DNA from: a virus
Taxonomy: Duplodnaviria > Caudoviricetes
Virus record (IMG/VR): IMGVR_UViG_3300026442_000101
Length of the DNA: 64,000 bases
Reading direction: 5' to 3' (one strand)
Every line of letters begins with the position of its first letter. Position 1 is the first letter of the stretch. The notes below the pieces were generated by a model. It worked only from the letters and a program-made list of their open reading frames with translations. It was not told the DNA's origin and made no database searches. A program made the position numbers and the translations under genes. Below are positions 40,050 through 49,300 of this stretch, in pieces.

Positions 40050-40748
40050 ATGGGTGCCTTGACTACCGCCATTGCGCAGATGGCGGCTAAGTTCAACGCG
40101 ATGAAGGTCGAGGTTCTCGATCTTCTGTCCCGCAAGCCAAAAGCTTCACTGGCTGCTGACAACGCTTTAGCGCTGCAAGATGGAAGTACATCGACAAACA
40201 TCGTCAATGACGGGAGGGCTGTGGCTAACGCCCACATCACGAACTATCAGAACCCGCACGGCGTAACGCCTGAATCTCTCAGCGGGATGAAGAGTTCTGA
40301 TGTGGACGCAGCCTTGGCAAACCGTATCCCAGAGGGCGCTTTGCCGATTTCCCGGTACGGTGATCTTGACGGTACGGTGATCAGCGTGACTTCGAGTGGG
40401 CTGACTGTATCGTGGCCTGCTCAAGTACATGCGGTGATGATGGGCTACTATCGCCCATTGCCTGCGTTCAACATCACGCTGCAGCCTAACACCTCGTACA
40501 ACGTGTACGTTCGCTTCAACGGCGCAACCACGAGCTACATGTTCAGCACCGAGGACCTGGCCGAGACCACCACTCGGATGTGGATCGGTCGAGTTGTCAC
40601 CGGGGCTTCCACCGTGTCGTCCATCACCATCAACCGAGTGTCCCGTATCGATACCTATCGTACGTCGGCTACTCCGATCGGTTCTGCGGTTCCCGTAACT
40701 GTGGGTACTCCAAACACCTCCCAGATTCTTGCACCTGGCTGGTTCTAA
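40050..40748 (+). CDS. Short fibre-family protein
   Basis: 232 aa; HITNYQNPHGVT and C-terminal RVSRIDTYRTSATPIGSAVPVTVG..WF. Confidence 0.75.
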   Translation: MGALTTAIAQMAAKFNAMKVEVLDLLSRKPKASLAADNALALQDGSTSTNIVNDGRAVANAHITNYQNPHGVTPESLSGMKSSDVDAALANRIPEGALPISRYGDLDGTVISVTSSGLTVSWPAQVHAVMMGYYRPLPAFNITLQPNTSYNVYVRFNGATTSYMFSTEDLAETTTRMWIGRVVTGASTVSSITINRVSRIDTYRTSATPIGSAVPVTVGTPNTSQILAPGWF

Positions 40749-40759
40749 TCGAGGTCATC

Positions 40760-41404
40760 ATGGCTGACACCATTTTCAAATACCCGCTGGACCTCCTCGG
40801 CACCAGCGCGACCAACAAGGTCATTGACGAAAGTCACACGATCGGGTCGGTCAAGGGGCGGATCTTCGTCGCCGACTACGGTCCATTCTTCGGGGGCTCG
40901 GTCATCCTCAAAGACGGCGTGAGTGGCCGTACGCTTGTTGCGAACACTGACTACACTCTGGTCCACCATTACCGTGAGGCGACTGCGCGCACCGGTCAGG
41001 CGATCTACACCGCTGTGCGGATCGTCAATCCGAACGTCAGCACCACCATCCTCATGACCTGCCAGTATGTCGGTGGTGAGTTCTCGTTCTCGACCTATGC
41101 GCTCAAGCAAGCCATCGAAGAGCTGATGAACGACGATCGTCCCGTGTATTGGGGCGACCTCATTGGCGTACCTGCCCAATTCGTACCAGCTCCTCACCTG
41201 CACAGCGCCTACGACCTCTACGGCATGAAGTACGTCGTGGAAGCACAGGTCGATGTGGCCAACGCGATTCGTGAAGGCGATGCTGCGTCTCGAGCTTTGC
41301 TGCTCAAACAGATTCAGGATAAATTCCTGTCGTTCGATTCGTTCGCCAAGCAATTGGCCGACTGCTTCGAATCTGGCGCTGTAGAGCTCCGATCGATCAT
41401 TTGA
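40760..41404 (+). CDS. Tail-fibre-associated adaptor protein, copy 2
   Basis: 214 aa from ATG 40760 (GAGG RBS); YPLDLLGTSATNKVIDESHTI. Confidence 0.7.
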   Translation: MADTIFKYPLDLLGTSATNKVIDESHTIGSVKGRIFVADYGPFFGGSVILKDGVSGRTLVANTDYTLVHHYREATARTGQAIYTAVRIVNPNVSTTILMTCQYVGGEFSFSTYALKQAIEELMNDDRPVYWGDLIGVPAQFVPAPHLHSAYDLYGMKYVVEAQVDVANAIREGDAASRALLLKQIQDKFLSFDSFAKQLADCFESGAVELRSII

Positions 41405-41421
41405 TAAAGGGACAACTCAAC

Positions 41422-44376
41422 ATGTCGAAGTCCTCTAGCACTATCATTGCTGAGACTATCGGTGAAGTCGAAGATTCGATGACCGAATTCAAGGAAGGGC
41501 TCGAAGCCGCCTTGAAGAAGAAGGCAGAGAGTGCCGAATATGCTGAGACCGCTGATACGCTAGAGGGCAAGACTCCGGCCGAAGTGGAAGCACTGCTTCT
41601 GGCCGAAGTCACCAAGCACACCAGCGCCCTTGGTCAGAACGTCCACGGCCTCAATGCTGGGATGGTCGGCAGTTATAACAAGTCCGAGTATGATGCGAAG
41701 TTTGACCTCATGCTCGACACCGACAGCGGTATCCCTCTGGACTTCTACGGTGACCGTGAATTCCTTCCACCATCGGTGACCGGTTCTTTCGAATCCGGCA
41801 GTAACACCACGCCGTATAGCAACGTGGCGATGATGATGGAAGATAACGGTACCTTGATGATTCTCCGTCCCGGTACCGATGGCGACAGTGCGGGTGTGTA
41901 TTACTCGTACCTGCGTAACGCCATGACCGAGACCGACCTCGCCAAGAACCTCGTGATGTCTAACGTCGAGTACCGGCCGGCATACTTCCCAGATGGGATG
42001 CGTGCAAAGTGTATCTTGAAAGGTACGCAGGACATCATTACCGGCATCATGAAAGATGCGACCACTGGCGCGCACACCGGTTACTTCATCTCGTTGACCA
42101 ACAACACGATGGACCAAACCAAGCACACCGGTATCTTCGTCCCGAACGGGAATTTCCTCTCGGTGCGAGGACCTCTCCCTGGTCTGTACCACACCCCGTT
42201 CGGTTTCATCAAAGGTAACTACGTCTACATCCTTCACGACATCCATCAAGAGGGTAAGATCGGTTACCGTGTATGGCGTCTGAATAAGAACGAGCTGATT
42301 ACCGGTAACTTCACCAGCGCCACTCAGATCAAAGGTTGGACCATCAACCGGGGTCAGAACGGCGTTGTGACTCGCGACGATATCGTGATCTACGACGATG
42401 TTGTTAGCTCCACCATCAACACCGGCATTCCTTCCACCACAGTCCTGGCCACCAACGGCTCGACCATGGCGACAGCTCTGACTCGCGACAACGGCGAGAC
42501 AGGCATCATGGGCAGCTGGTACATGCAGTTCTACCCTAGCGACAACATCTTCTCGGTTGCCAGCGCCCAAGCCTACTTCTCGTTTGAGTTCAACGAGAAT
42601 AAGCAGATCGATGTGTCGAAATACCACAACGATCCGATTCGAATGGACTATTCGTCGGCTGGGTGGGCACTGCAAGCTTCGGCTGCAATGAACCAGAATA
42701 CCTACAATAGCCACCACCGCCAACAGAACTCGCAGTCTACTGACTCGATCTACGCTAACGTTTATAACCAGTTGTGGTTGTGGACAGTAGTTTCGTACAC
42801 GGCAGGTACGGGCAGTATGTACCTACACCGATTCCAGTACGATCCTTCGATCGATCCAGTCGCTGTTCTTGCAGGCGACGCTAACTGGACGGAGCACGGG
42901 TATGTGTCGCCGGTAGGGCGTTTCGGTAGCGCACTCACGGCTTCGATGAGGGCTGTGTCCAACGTGGGTGATGGTGTTGTTAACTGTCTGAACTTCGGCA
43001 GGCTTCCTGAGCCATACGGTGCTACGTCATACTACGTGCGGTGTGCGCTGATCGGCGAACCTACCTTCCAGTACTCGTCGGTAACTGGTAACTTTGCCTG
43101 GAAAGGTTTCGGTCCGACTGATCAGCGTTACGACCAGATCGCGCTGAACCAACCTGCAACGAACTGGCACATCCTTCTAAACGAAGGTTCGCCTGGAGCG
43201 TCTCGTACCTCTCAGGCAAGGTTCACCAGAGCTCAGCCAACCCTGACCACCAGAGCGGCTGTGGTCAATGCCGACATGTCGGTGTCGGGTTCCGTAACTG
43301 TACCGCAGGCAGTCATGGAAACGCTGGAAGCTCAGATCCTGACTAACCTGGCTAGCCGGGGGTACACTCCGTCCACCGATCCGATCGCGGGCAGTTACAG
43401 TAAGTACCACTTCGAACTGAACATCCCGCAGATCTACACCGACATGCCTCCGTTCGTAGTCGGTTCGATCATGTCAGGTAACGGCGCCAACCGCGCTATC
43501 CACATGTTCATCTATACGGTGACCATCAGCGGTAGCAGGCAGAACGTGACTGGTGCGTCTATCCAGCCGGGCACTGCGTTACTGATCCGTAACGAGGCCA
43601 CTGTCGGCAGCGCATTGGGTGTACTTGAAGCTCGGGACTGTGGTCAAACGGCGATTCGTCGAGTCAGCGGTGGGTTCATGATCGGCTTTGCCGATAGCGT
43701 CTCCTATCACGTCGTAGGTAACGGTGGGCGGGCAATGCTCGCACTTCGTTATTCGGGAGGCACTTGGGCGGTGAACGGAAACGTTTACTGGGACTATTGG
43801 AACGGTACCGCTCCAGCTGGTTGGGTTAACCTTCCTAGCCGCGGTCTGTACTACGTCCTCTCGTCTGAGTTCATCTACTCGGAAATCGACTGCGGTACGA
43901 AGATGATCGCAACGCTGTTCGCCGATAATTCGATGTCGACGTTAAACGTTAACGAGTTGCGAGCAAGGTCGGTAGACCCGGCTTACGGCTTCGTGATGAT
44001 GTCGCAACGAGTGGTGAGTGCATGGACGGTCTACTTCGCAGACGAAACTCCAGCGATGTTGGACGGCTACTACAGCCTGGTTCAACCGTTGAACTACGCG
44101 CTGAACCCAGCTACTGATGCTAACAAGACGTTCTACGTCTGGTTGGTTCGAAGCGGGGCTGCTCTAACCTACGCTGTGACGACCACTAACCAACCGCCAT
44201 CGTCACCGTCGCTGTACCTCGGCTACTTCACCACAACCAACACCGGTCTTAACCTCATCGACGTGCGTAAGCGCGTGGCTGTGGATGGGAAGATGTTGTC
44301 GCCAGATGCGCGTGGTTCCTCGATCCCGCTCACCTCCGGTACTCCGAACTCCTACGGCCGCCTCAACTGGAAATAA
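41422..44376 (+). CDS. Large tail fibre/tail-associated protein, copy 2
   Basis: About 984 aa from ATG 41422. LPPSVTGSFES...MEDNGTL.ILRPGTDG matches copy 1 (LPPGIQGSFEG...IEDDGTA.YLRNGTDG). Same C-terminal domain. Confidence 0.75.
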   Translation: MSKSSSTIIAETIGEVEDSMTEFKEGLEAALKKKAESAEYAETADTLEGKTPAEVEALLLAEVTKHTSALGQNVHGLNAGMVGSYNKSEYDAKFDLMLDTDSGIPLDFYGDREFLPPSVTGSFESGSNTTPYSNVAMMMEDNGTLMILRPGTDGDSAGVYYSYLRNAMTETDLAKNLVMSNVEYRPAYFPDGMRAKCILKGTQDIITGIMKDATTGAHTGYFISLTNNTMDQTKHTGIFVPNGNFLSVRGPLPGLYHTPFGFIKGNYVYILHDIHQEGKIGYRVWRLNKNELITGNFTSATQIKGWTINRGQNGVVTRDDIVIYDDVVSSTINTGIPSTTVLATNGSTMATALTRDNGETGIMGSWYMQFYPSDNIFSVASAQAYFSFEFNENKQIDVSKYHNDPIRMDYSSAGWALQASAAMNQNTYNSHHRQQNSQSTDSIYANVYNQLWLWTVVSYTAGTGSMYLHRFQYDPSIDPVAVLAGDANWTEHGYVSPVGRFGSALTASMRAVSNVGDGVVNCLNFGRLPEPYGATSYYVRCALIGEPTFQYSSVTGNFAWKGFGPTDQRYDQIALNQPATNWHILLNEGSPGASRTSQARFTRAQPTLTTRAAVVNADMSVSGSVTVPQAVMETLEAQILTNLASRGYTPSTDPIAGSYSKYHFELNIPQIYTDMPPFVVGSIMSGNGANRAIHMFIYTVTISGSRQNVTGASIQPGTALLIRNEATVGSALGVLEARDCGQTAIRRVSGGFMIGFADSVSYHVVGNGGRAMLALRYSGGTWAVNGNVYWDYWNGTAPAGWVNLPSRGLYYVLSSEFIYSEIDCGTKMIATLFADNSMSTLNVNELRARSVDPAYGFVMMSQRVVSAWTVYFADETPAMLDGYYSLVQPLNYALNPATDANKTFYVWLVRSGAALTYAVTTTNQPPSSPSLYLGYFTTTNTGLNLIDVRKRVAVDGKMLSPDARGSSIPLTSGTPNSYGRLNWK

Positions 44377-44378
44377 CC

Positions 44379-45062
44379 ATGACTGATGCAGAGCTGAGAC
44401 AATATCTCGTTACCAAGTTCAATCTTTGGAAAGTTGAGATCATCAGGCTGCTGAAGCGGGTAGCTCCGATCGTAAAGCATGCCGACAACACGCTGAAGAT
44501 CAATGGGTATAGCCTTGCCGACCTCATCGCTATCATCAAGGGTGAGGTAGGTAACCACACGAGTCAGGTGCGTCCCCACGGGGAAACCCTGGCTCAGTTG
44601 GGAGGCATGACCACTGCAACATTTGATGCGCAGGCGGTCAACTATTTCCCGAAGGATGCTGTACCGCTGACCAAGATCCCCGCCGGAGCGGGGGTTTTCA
44701 CCTCAGCCACGATTTACACGCCCAACAACCTTGACATCGTTTATTACGGTCGCAAGCTTCGGGTTCCGTCCGGTAACGTCACGCTTTCCGGTACTGCTCG
44801 CCTGTATCTGAAAGTGGTGGTCACTGGTATCGGGCCAGCTGAAGCGGCTGTCTTCGCCATTTCTGCAAATGCTAACGAGGACTCGCGGAATATGGTAGTG
44901 GGGTGGCTTGACTACGCAGGTGGTAACTGGACACCTACGTTCATCCGTACGGTGCGTATCGGCGCTGCCGTACTCTCCGCGACTGTCCGTGGTAACGGTA
45001 TCCCATACTCCTCCGGTAGCCAAGCTGCCGCAGGTTCCATTCCGACCACTTGGTTCCAGTGA
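44379..45062 (+). CDS. Short fibre-family protein
   Basis: 227 aa; C-terminal RTVRIGAAVLSATVRGNGIPYSSG..WFQ. Confidence 0.72.
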   Translation: MTDAELRQYLVTKFNLWKVEIIRLLKRVAPIVKHADNTLKINGYSLADLIAIIKGEVGNHTSQVRPHGETLAQLGGMTTATFDAQAVNYFPKDAVPLTKIPAGAGVFTSATIYTPNNLDIVYYGRKLRVPSGNVTLSGTARLYLKVVVTGIGPAEAAVFAISANANEDSRNMVVGWLDYAGGNWTPTFIRTVRIGAAVLSATVRGNGIPYSSGSQAAAGSIPTTWFQ

Positions 45063-45070
45063 GGTAACAG

Positions 45071-45814
45071 ATGGCTGGTCCAATTACAGAAGGTGTCCTG
45101 CTGAGGATCCAGAAGTTCAAAGCTTACCAGGCCGAGATCGTAAGGATCCTCACGCAGATCAAACGGGACAGTGCGTTCGAATCGAAAGACGCTGGGCTGT
45201 TGGTGCCTGACTGGAACTTTACCAAGCTCCTGAAGAAGGCTCGTGATGCACTGACAGCTCACGTTGCTCGTAGGGACAATCCGCATCAAGAGACGATGGA
45301 AAGTATCGGCTCGTATAGCGCGACGGCGGTGAACGCCAAGCTCGCTGCTAAGGTACCGAACTCCGTAGTGCCGATCAGTACCTACGGCATCATCGAGTTC
45401 CTTACCGCCGCCCAGATTGCGGCTGCTTGGTCTGGTGCGGGCTGGGTCGTCTCGTGTAACCGTGCAATCAAGATTGTTCTGTCGGGTACGCCGTACACGC
45501 TACCGCCATTCAGTCTCGATCTTCGAGGTGTCGAAGCGAACCCTGCGAACTCGACGTTCAACGTTTACGTGCGTGCACGCTTTGGGCAGGTTACCTATCA
45601 GGCCCGGATCGACTCGCCTCCTGAGTCTGTATCGGTAATGTTCATTGGTACGGTGACGACTAATGCTAGTGGTATTGCTAGCCTTAACTTCGCACCCGTA
45701 ACACGGATCGATACCTTCCGTCTCTCGAACACTCCGCTTGGTTCTGTTATCCCGGTTACTGGCGGCACTATCGACGCGCCTGTCAAGCTTCCGGCAACGT
45801 GGAACCCGCTTTAA
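45071..45814 (+). CDS. Short fibre-family protein
   Basis: 247 aa; HVARRDNPH and C-terminal VTRIDTFRLSNTPLGSVIPVTGG..W. Confidence 0.75.
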   Translation: MAGPITEGVLLRIQKFKAYQAEIVRILTQIKRDSAFESKDAGLLVPDWNFTKLLKKARDALTAHVARRDNPHQETMESIGSYSATAVNAKLAAKVPNSVVPISTYGIIEFLTAAQIAAAWSGAGWVVSCNRAIKIVLSGTPYTLPPFSLDLRGVEANPANSTFNVYVRARFGQVTYQARIDSPPESVSVMFIGTVTTNASGIASLNFAPVTRIDTFRLSNTPLGSVIPVTGGTIDAPVKLPATWNPL

Positions 45815-45827
45815 AGGATCGTAACCC

Positions 45828-46451
45828 ATGGCCTATGAAGTTCCACCAACCCCAACCAACGTCCAGACCACCAATCCATACGTGGCTCTCGACCGTGGTC
45901 TGTTCCTCTCGCAGAAAACCAACCCGGCAAAGTATGCGCGCATTCACGCTGCTCGCTGGGTAACCGTAGGCCCTGAGGCAGCGGTGGGTGTCCTGGAATA
46001 TCAGGTCATGGTTTACAACACCAAGCCCACAACCGCTGCTCAATACGCTGCCGGCACCCTGCTGGTAGCTCCTGGCGGCGGTAACTGGTTCGACACCTTC
46101 ACCAGGGGTCTGGTCACTGATCCGATCCTGGCTGAATACTGGGCGATCGATAGCTTCACTTCGAACTACCTTGCAGCTGATGCGACTCGTCTTAAGGACG
46201 ACGATAAGGCCGACAAGATCGTTCAAGCGCAGTTGTTCGTATCGACCATGGCGTCGTGGGCAGGTCTCAAAGAGATCAACCTCACTACCGTCTTCAATGC
46301 GGTAGCTGGACAACCACTGTCCCGCACCAGCATGAACCTTAGCATCGACTACGAAAAGAATGGCACCTCTGGCCACCTTGACGTAATCGATCTGCCGAGT
46401 GGGCGGTTCGATCCAGTGCATGTCGCATTGGACAAACTCCGAAACGTGTAG
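45828..46451 (+). CDS. Hypothetical protein
   Basis: 207 aa with AAGGA RBS, between the fibre cluster and the endolysin. Confidence 0.75.
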   Translation: MAYEVPPTPTNVQTTNPYVALDRGLFLSQKTNPAKYARIHAARWVTVGPEAAVGVLEYQVMVYNTKPTTAAQYAAGTLLVAPGGGNWFDTFTRGLVTDPILAEYWAIDSFTSNYLAADATRLKDDDKADKIVQAQLFVSTMASWAGLKEINLTTVFNAVAGQPLSRTSMNLSIDYEKNGTSGHLDVIDLPSGRFDPVHVALDKLRNV

Positions 46452-46459
46452 GTGAAAAC

Positions 46460-47134
46460 ATGGCTGGTAATCCCACCGTAACGCAAACCCAACAGTACCT
46501 CAACACCCTCGGCTTCAACTGCGGGATCGCTGACGGTATCTGGGGTAAGAACTCTCAAGGAGCCCTCGATCAACTCAAAGCCTCGGCTATCGACGCTTCT
46601 CATCCATACGGCGTGAAGAAGCTAGGTTGGGGTAAGAAGCTGAACGATGCTGAGATCGCCAAGGTAGCTCAGGTGGTCTCTAACCTGGGTCTTCCGAAGT
46701 CGATGATCATTGATCTCATGGCCTGCATGGCGTGGGAATCTGGTGAGTCGTTCAGTCCGTCGATCCGTAACCCCAAGTCAACTGCCACCGGCCTGATCCA
46801 GTTCATGGAAGCCACCGCAGTAGGTCTGGGTACCACCACCGCCAAACTGGCGAAGATGACGGTCATCGAGCAGCTGAACTACGTAGAGCGTTACTTCAAG
46901 CCCTACGCCAAGCGCCTGCAGAACCTGGGCGACCTGTACATGGGTATCATCTGGCCGGTCGGTATCGGCAAGCCTGATTCCTACGTCATGTGGAAATCCG
47001 GCGACAAGCAGTTCGAGCCGAACAAAGGTCTGGATGTCAACAACGACGGCCAGATCCTGCGTATCGAATGCCTGCACAAGGTCAACAACAAACTTGTGAA
47101 GGGCTTCCAGTCGCAGTTCGTCAAAGAACTCTGA
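46460..47134 (+). CDS. Modular endolysin: peptidoglycan-binding domain plus lytic transglycosylase/lysozyme-like domain
   Basis: N-terminal QQYLNTLGFNCGIADGIWGKNSQGAL (PG-binding-1 pattern); catalytic AWESGESFSPSIRNPKSTATGLIQFM; EQLNYVERYF; C-terminal GLDVNNDGQI. Confidence 0.88.
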   Translation: MAGNPTVTQTQQYLNTLGFNCGIADGIWGKNSQGALDQLKASAIDASHPYGVKKLGWGKKLNDAEIAKVAQVVSNLGLPKSMIIDLMACMAWESGESFSPSIRNPKSTATGLIQFMEATAVGLGTTTAKLAKMTVIEQLNYVERYFKPYAKRLQNLGDLYMGIIWPVGIGKPDSYVMWKSGDKQFEPNKGLDVNNDGQILRIECLHKVNNKLVKGFQSQFVKEL

Positions 47135-47135
47135 C

Positions 47136-47186
47136 AAAAAAAAAGAAAGCATAGAGCAGGTGGGTTTCCCCACCTGCTCCTTATGC
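47136..47186. terminator. GCATAG-family hairpin with an upstream A-tract (U-tract for the - strand)
   Basis: AAAAAAAAAGAAA-GCATAGAGCAGGTGGG-TTTC-CCCACCTGCTCCTTATGC. Confidence 0.8.
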
Positions 47187-47189
47187 CGC

Positions 47190-47876
47190 TTAGGCTTTCT
47201 GGTCGCGTAGACCTTTGTGCCATTCCATCGCAGATTCATGTGTGGTCACATGGAACTCGATCGGCATGAATGGCCAGCGCTCGGTGAACTCGTGGACCAG
47301 GTCACTGGCAAACTTCTCCTTATCGCCAATAACCAGCGTGCACGACGTGCCGCGATACTTCGTTTCCAACGACCATACACCGGCTTCGGTAGCCGTTTTC
47401 CAGATGCCGCAAATTTCCGGCTGATACTGGAGAGGGTTCTGGTGCACTAGTCGGTACATTCGCAGAGTGTACAGCGGGGTCAGGAACATCTTGGCAAAGA
47501 TCTTCTGACCTTGTGCGGTCAAGTCACCCAATTTCACGTCAGGGTAAACGTGATTGTAGTAACTGGTTGCAGGTTGTGGGAAAATCACCCTGACCATTTG
47601 CTTGGTAGCCAGAGCGATCACGCTGGCCAGTTCGGTGGGGAGGTTGGTCTCGCGGAAAGCGTTAATGCGTTCAGTTTGCGATGTCGCCTGATCGGCGGTC
47701 ACATGGATGAAGTGACTCCGATCGCTTTCGGATTTGTGTCGATCATGCACGTTCTTCTCATCACTGGTGGCTGCCAGTAGATGGGGTATATCGCTCACTT
47801 TATCGATCACAGTCTCCTGACCGAAAACTTCAAAGGTGAGTGGACCAGTCTGCAGGCTGGTGATTGGGTTTCGCAT
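47190..47876 (-). CDS. Hypothetical protein (accessory island)
   Basis: 228 aa with AAAGGAG RBS. Confidence 0.78.
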   Translation of the reverse strand: MRNPITSLQTGPLTFEVFGQETVIDKVSDIPHLLAATSDEKNVHDRHKSESDRSHFIHVTADQATSQTERINAFRETNLPTELASVIALATKQMVRVIFPQPATSYYNHVYPDVKLGDLTAQGQKIFAKMFLTPLYTLRMYRLVHQNPLQYQPEICGIWKTATEAGVWSLETKYRGTSCTLVIGDKEKFASDLVHEFTERWPFMPIEFHVTTHESAMEWHKGLRDQKA

Positions 47877-47945
47877 GGTGTAGCTCCTTTTGTTGGCTGC
47901 TCGTGTTCTGCCTGGTAGGACTTACGAGGAGTCAGCGCGGTTAGT

Positions 47946-47964
47946 GCCCGTCGGAATGACGGGC
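47946..47964 (-). terminator. Small hairpin after the 118 aa gene
   Basis: GCCCGTC-GGAAT-GACGGGC. Confidence 0.45.
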
Positions 47965-47970
47965 TCCTAA

Positions 47971-48327
47971 TTACTTGTCGAAGAAGTAGAACTGACCATC
48001 GGCCAGGTGCTTCAACACCGCAACCACTTCGGCCTGAGCGAATGCGCATTCGAAGTGGAACGAGATGTAGTTGGCCAGGTTGGCGCAAAGATCACCTGGT
48101 ACTGGGTCAGGAAGTTCATCGACATCGTATTCGTGCTGGAGGTTAATTCTCACCTCCGGCATCGGAACAACTGCCATCTTCTGACACAGCTCCAGCTTGT
48201 AGCCGGCCTCGAGCATACTGTCGAGGACGCCTTCAGCTGCGATCTCGGTATCGAGGTCATCGTGGAACAGATCACCAATAGCCATGGTGACCGCGACCTG
48301 CAAACGTTGATTGAGCTTCTTGCGCAT
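47971..48327 (-). CDS. Hypothetical protein (accessory island)
   Basis: 118 aa, acidic; begins 2 nt after the upstream stop codon. Confidence 0.72.
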   Translation of the reverse strand: MRKKLNQRLQVAVTMAIGDLFHDDLDTEIAAEGVLDSMLEAGYKLELCQKMAVVPMPEVRINLQHEYDVDELPDPVPGDLCANLANYISFHFECAFAQAEVVAVLKHLADGQFYFFDK

Positions 48328-48329
48328 GG

Positions 48330-48950
48330 TTAGGCTACCTTGTGCTCGACGACTTCGCCGTCCAGGATTTTGTTGATGAACATCGCTTGATCTTTGATGA
48401 AGGAACAGAGGCGCAGCTCACGGTTCGCATTGGTCTGATGGCGAATGTAGCCAGCTACCGTGACCAGGTCATTCGGCGGGAACGACGGTTCGATGAAGTC
48501 AACAGAGCCGCTGATGAAGTCTGAGACGCTCGTATAGCGCGTCTGAGCAGCGTTCCACACCAAGGTCTGGTCTTTGTACACATCGCTGTAATCAGCGAAC
48601 ATGTGCGTGCTGGCGAGCCCTGCTGCGAGCAGCATAGCCACGTCCTCATCTAGCATGAGCGCGAATTGACTCATGAGGATCTGGTACTTGTCGTTGTTCG
48701 GCACGTAACCGTGACGATACGAATGGACGTAGCGGAACGCATCGCCGAAGCGCTCGAGATACTGATCCATCCCCATCAAGTATTCTTCGCTGTGGATGTG
48801 GTTATGCACCCGGATGTTCCGCTCACGCAAAGCGATCGCGTCATTGTGACTGTTGGTCTTTCTCAGACCCTGGATGCCTGCGGCTGCAAACCCCAAGCCA
48901 GCTGCGCCGATCACGCCCAACGCGATAGCCTGTTTGATTGAAAGAGCCAT
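48330..48950 (-). CDS. Hypothetical protein with an N-terminal membrane anchor/signal
   Basis: 206 aa with GGAGG RBS; hydrophobic QAIALGVIGAAGLGFAAAGIQGL. Confidence 0.75.
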   Translation of the reverse strand: MALSIKQAIALGVIGAAGLGFAAAGIQGLRKTNSHNDAIALRERNIRVHNHIHSEEYLMGMDQYLERFGDAFRYVHSYRHGYVPNNDKYQILMSQFALMLDEDVAMLLAAGLASTHMFADYSDVYKDQTLVWNAAQTRYTSVSDFISGSVDFIEPSFPPNDLVTVAGYIRHQTNANRELRLCSFIKDQAMFINKILDGEVVEHKVA

Positions 48951-49274
48951 GTTGCCTCCGTGTTTTATTGTGAATCGGATCTACGCCGAAGCGATCGTCC
49001 GAGTATTTGTTTGCTGATGCCTGCCCAAAGGTCTTCACTATCGGGCGCTGGCACATCTGGGTATTTCGGATAAGTGGCGGCGATATCAATATCGCCATCA
49101 AAGTCTTTGTTCAGTCTCGTTTTCGAGAACTGCCCTTCAGATTCACCCCCTTGATCTCCGGAAAGTCCTTCGGGAGCATGAACGATGGGGAAATGAAGAA
49201 CCGTTGGGCCAAGGTCAGTGATTGTGATAGTGATTTCAAGGAGTCTTCAAGTAAGATGCTAGAATCGTTAGCCA

Positions 49275-49300
49275 GGGTAGGTGGGGAAACCCACCTACTC
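49275..49300 (-). terminator. Hairpin overlapping the AAA ATPase stop codon
   Basis: GGGTAGGTGGG-GAAA-CCCACCTACTC; on the - strand it shares the 18-mer AGGTGGGTTTCCCCACCT with the 47149 hairpin. Confidence 0.7.

Noticed and set aside
35642-45814. Diversity-generating retroelement or invertase-based fibre switching
   Set aside because: No reverse transcriptase or recombinase gene, and no near-identical template/variable repeat or inverted repeats were seen. The similarity is at the diverged-protein level.
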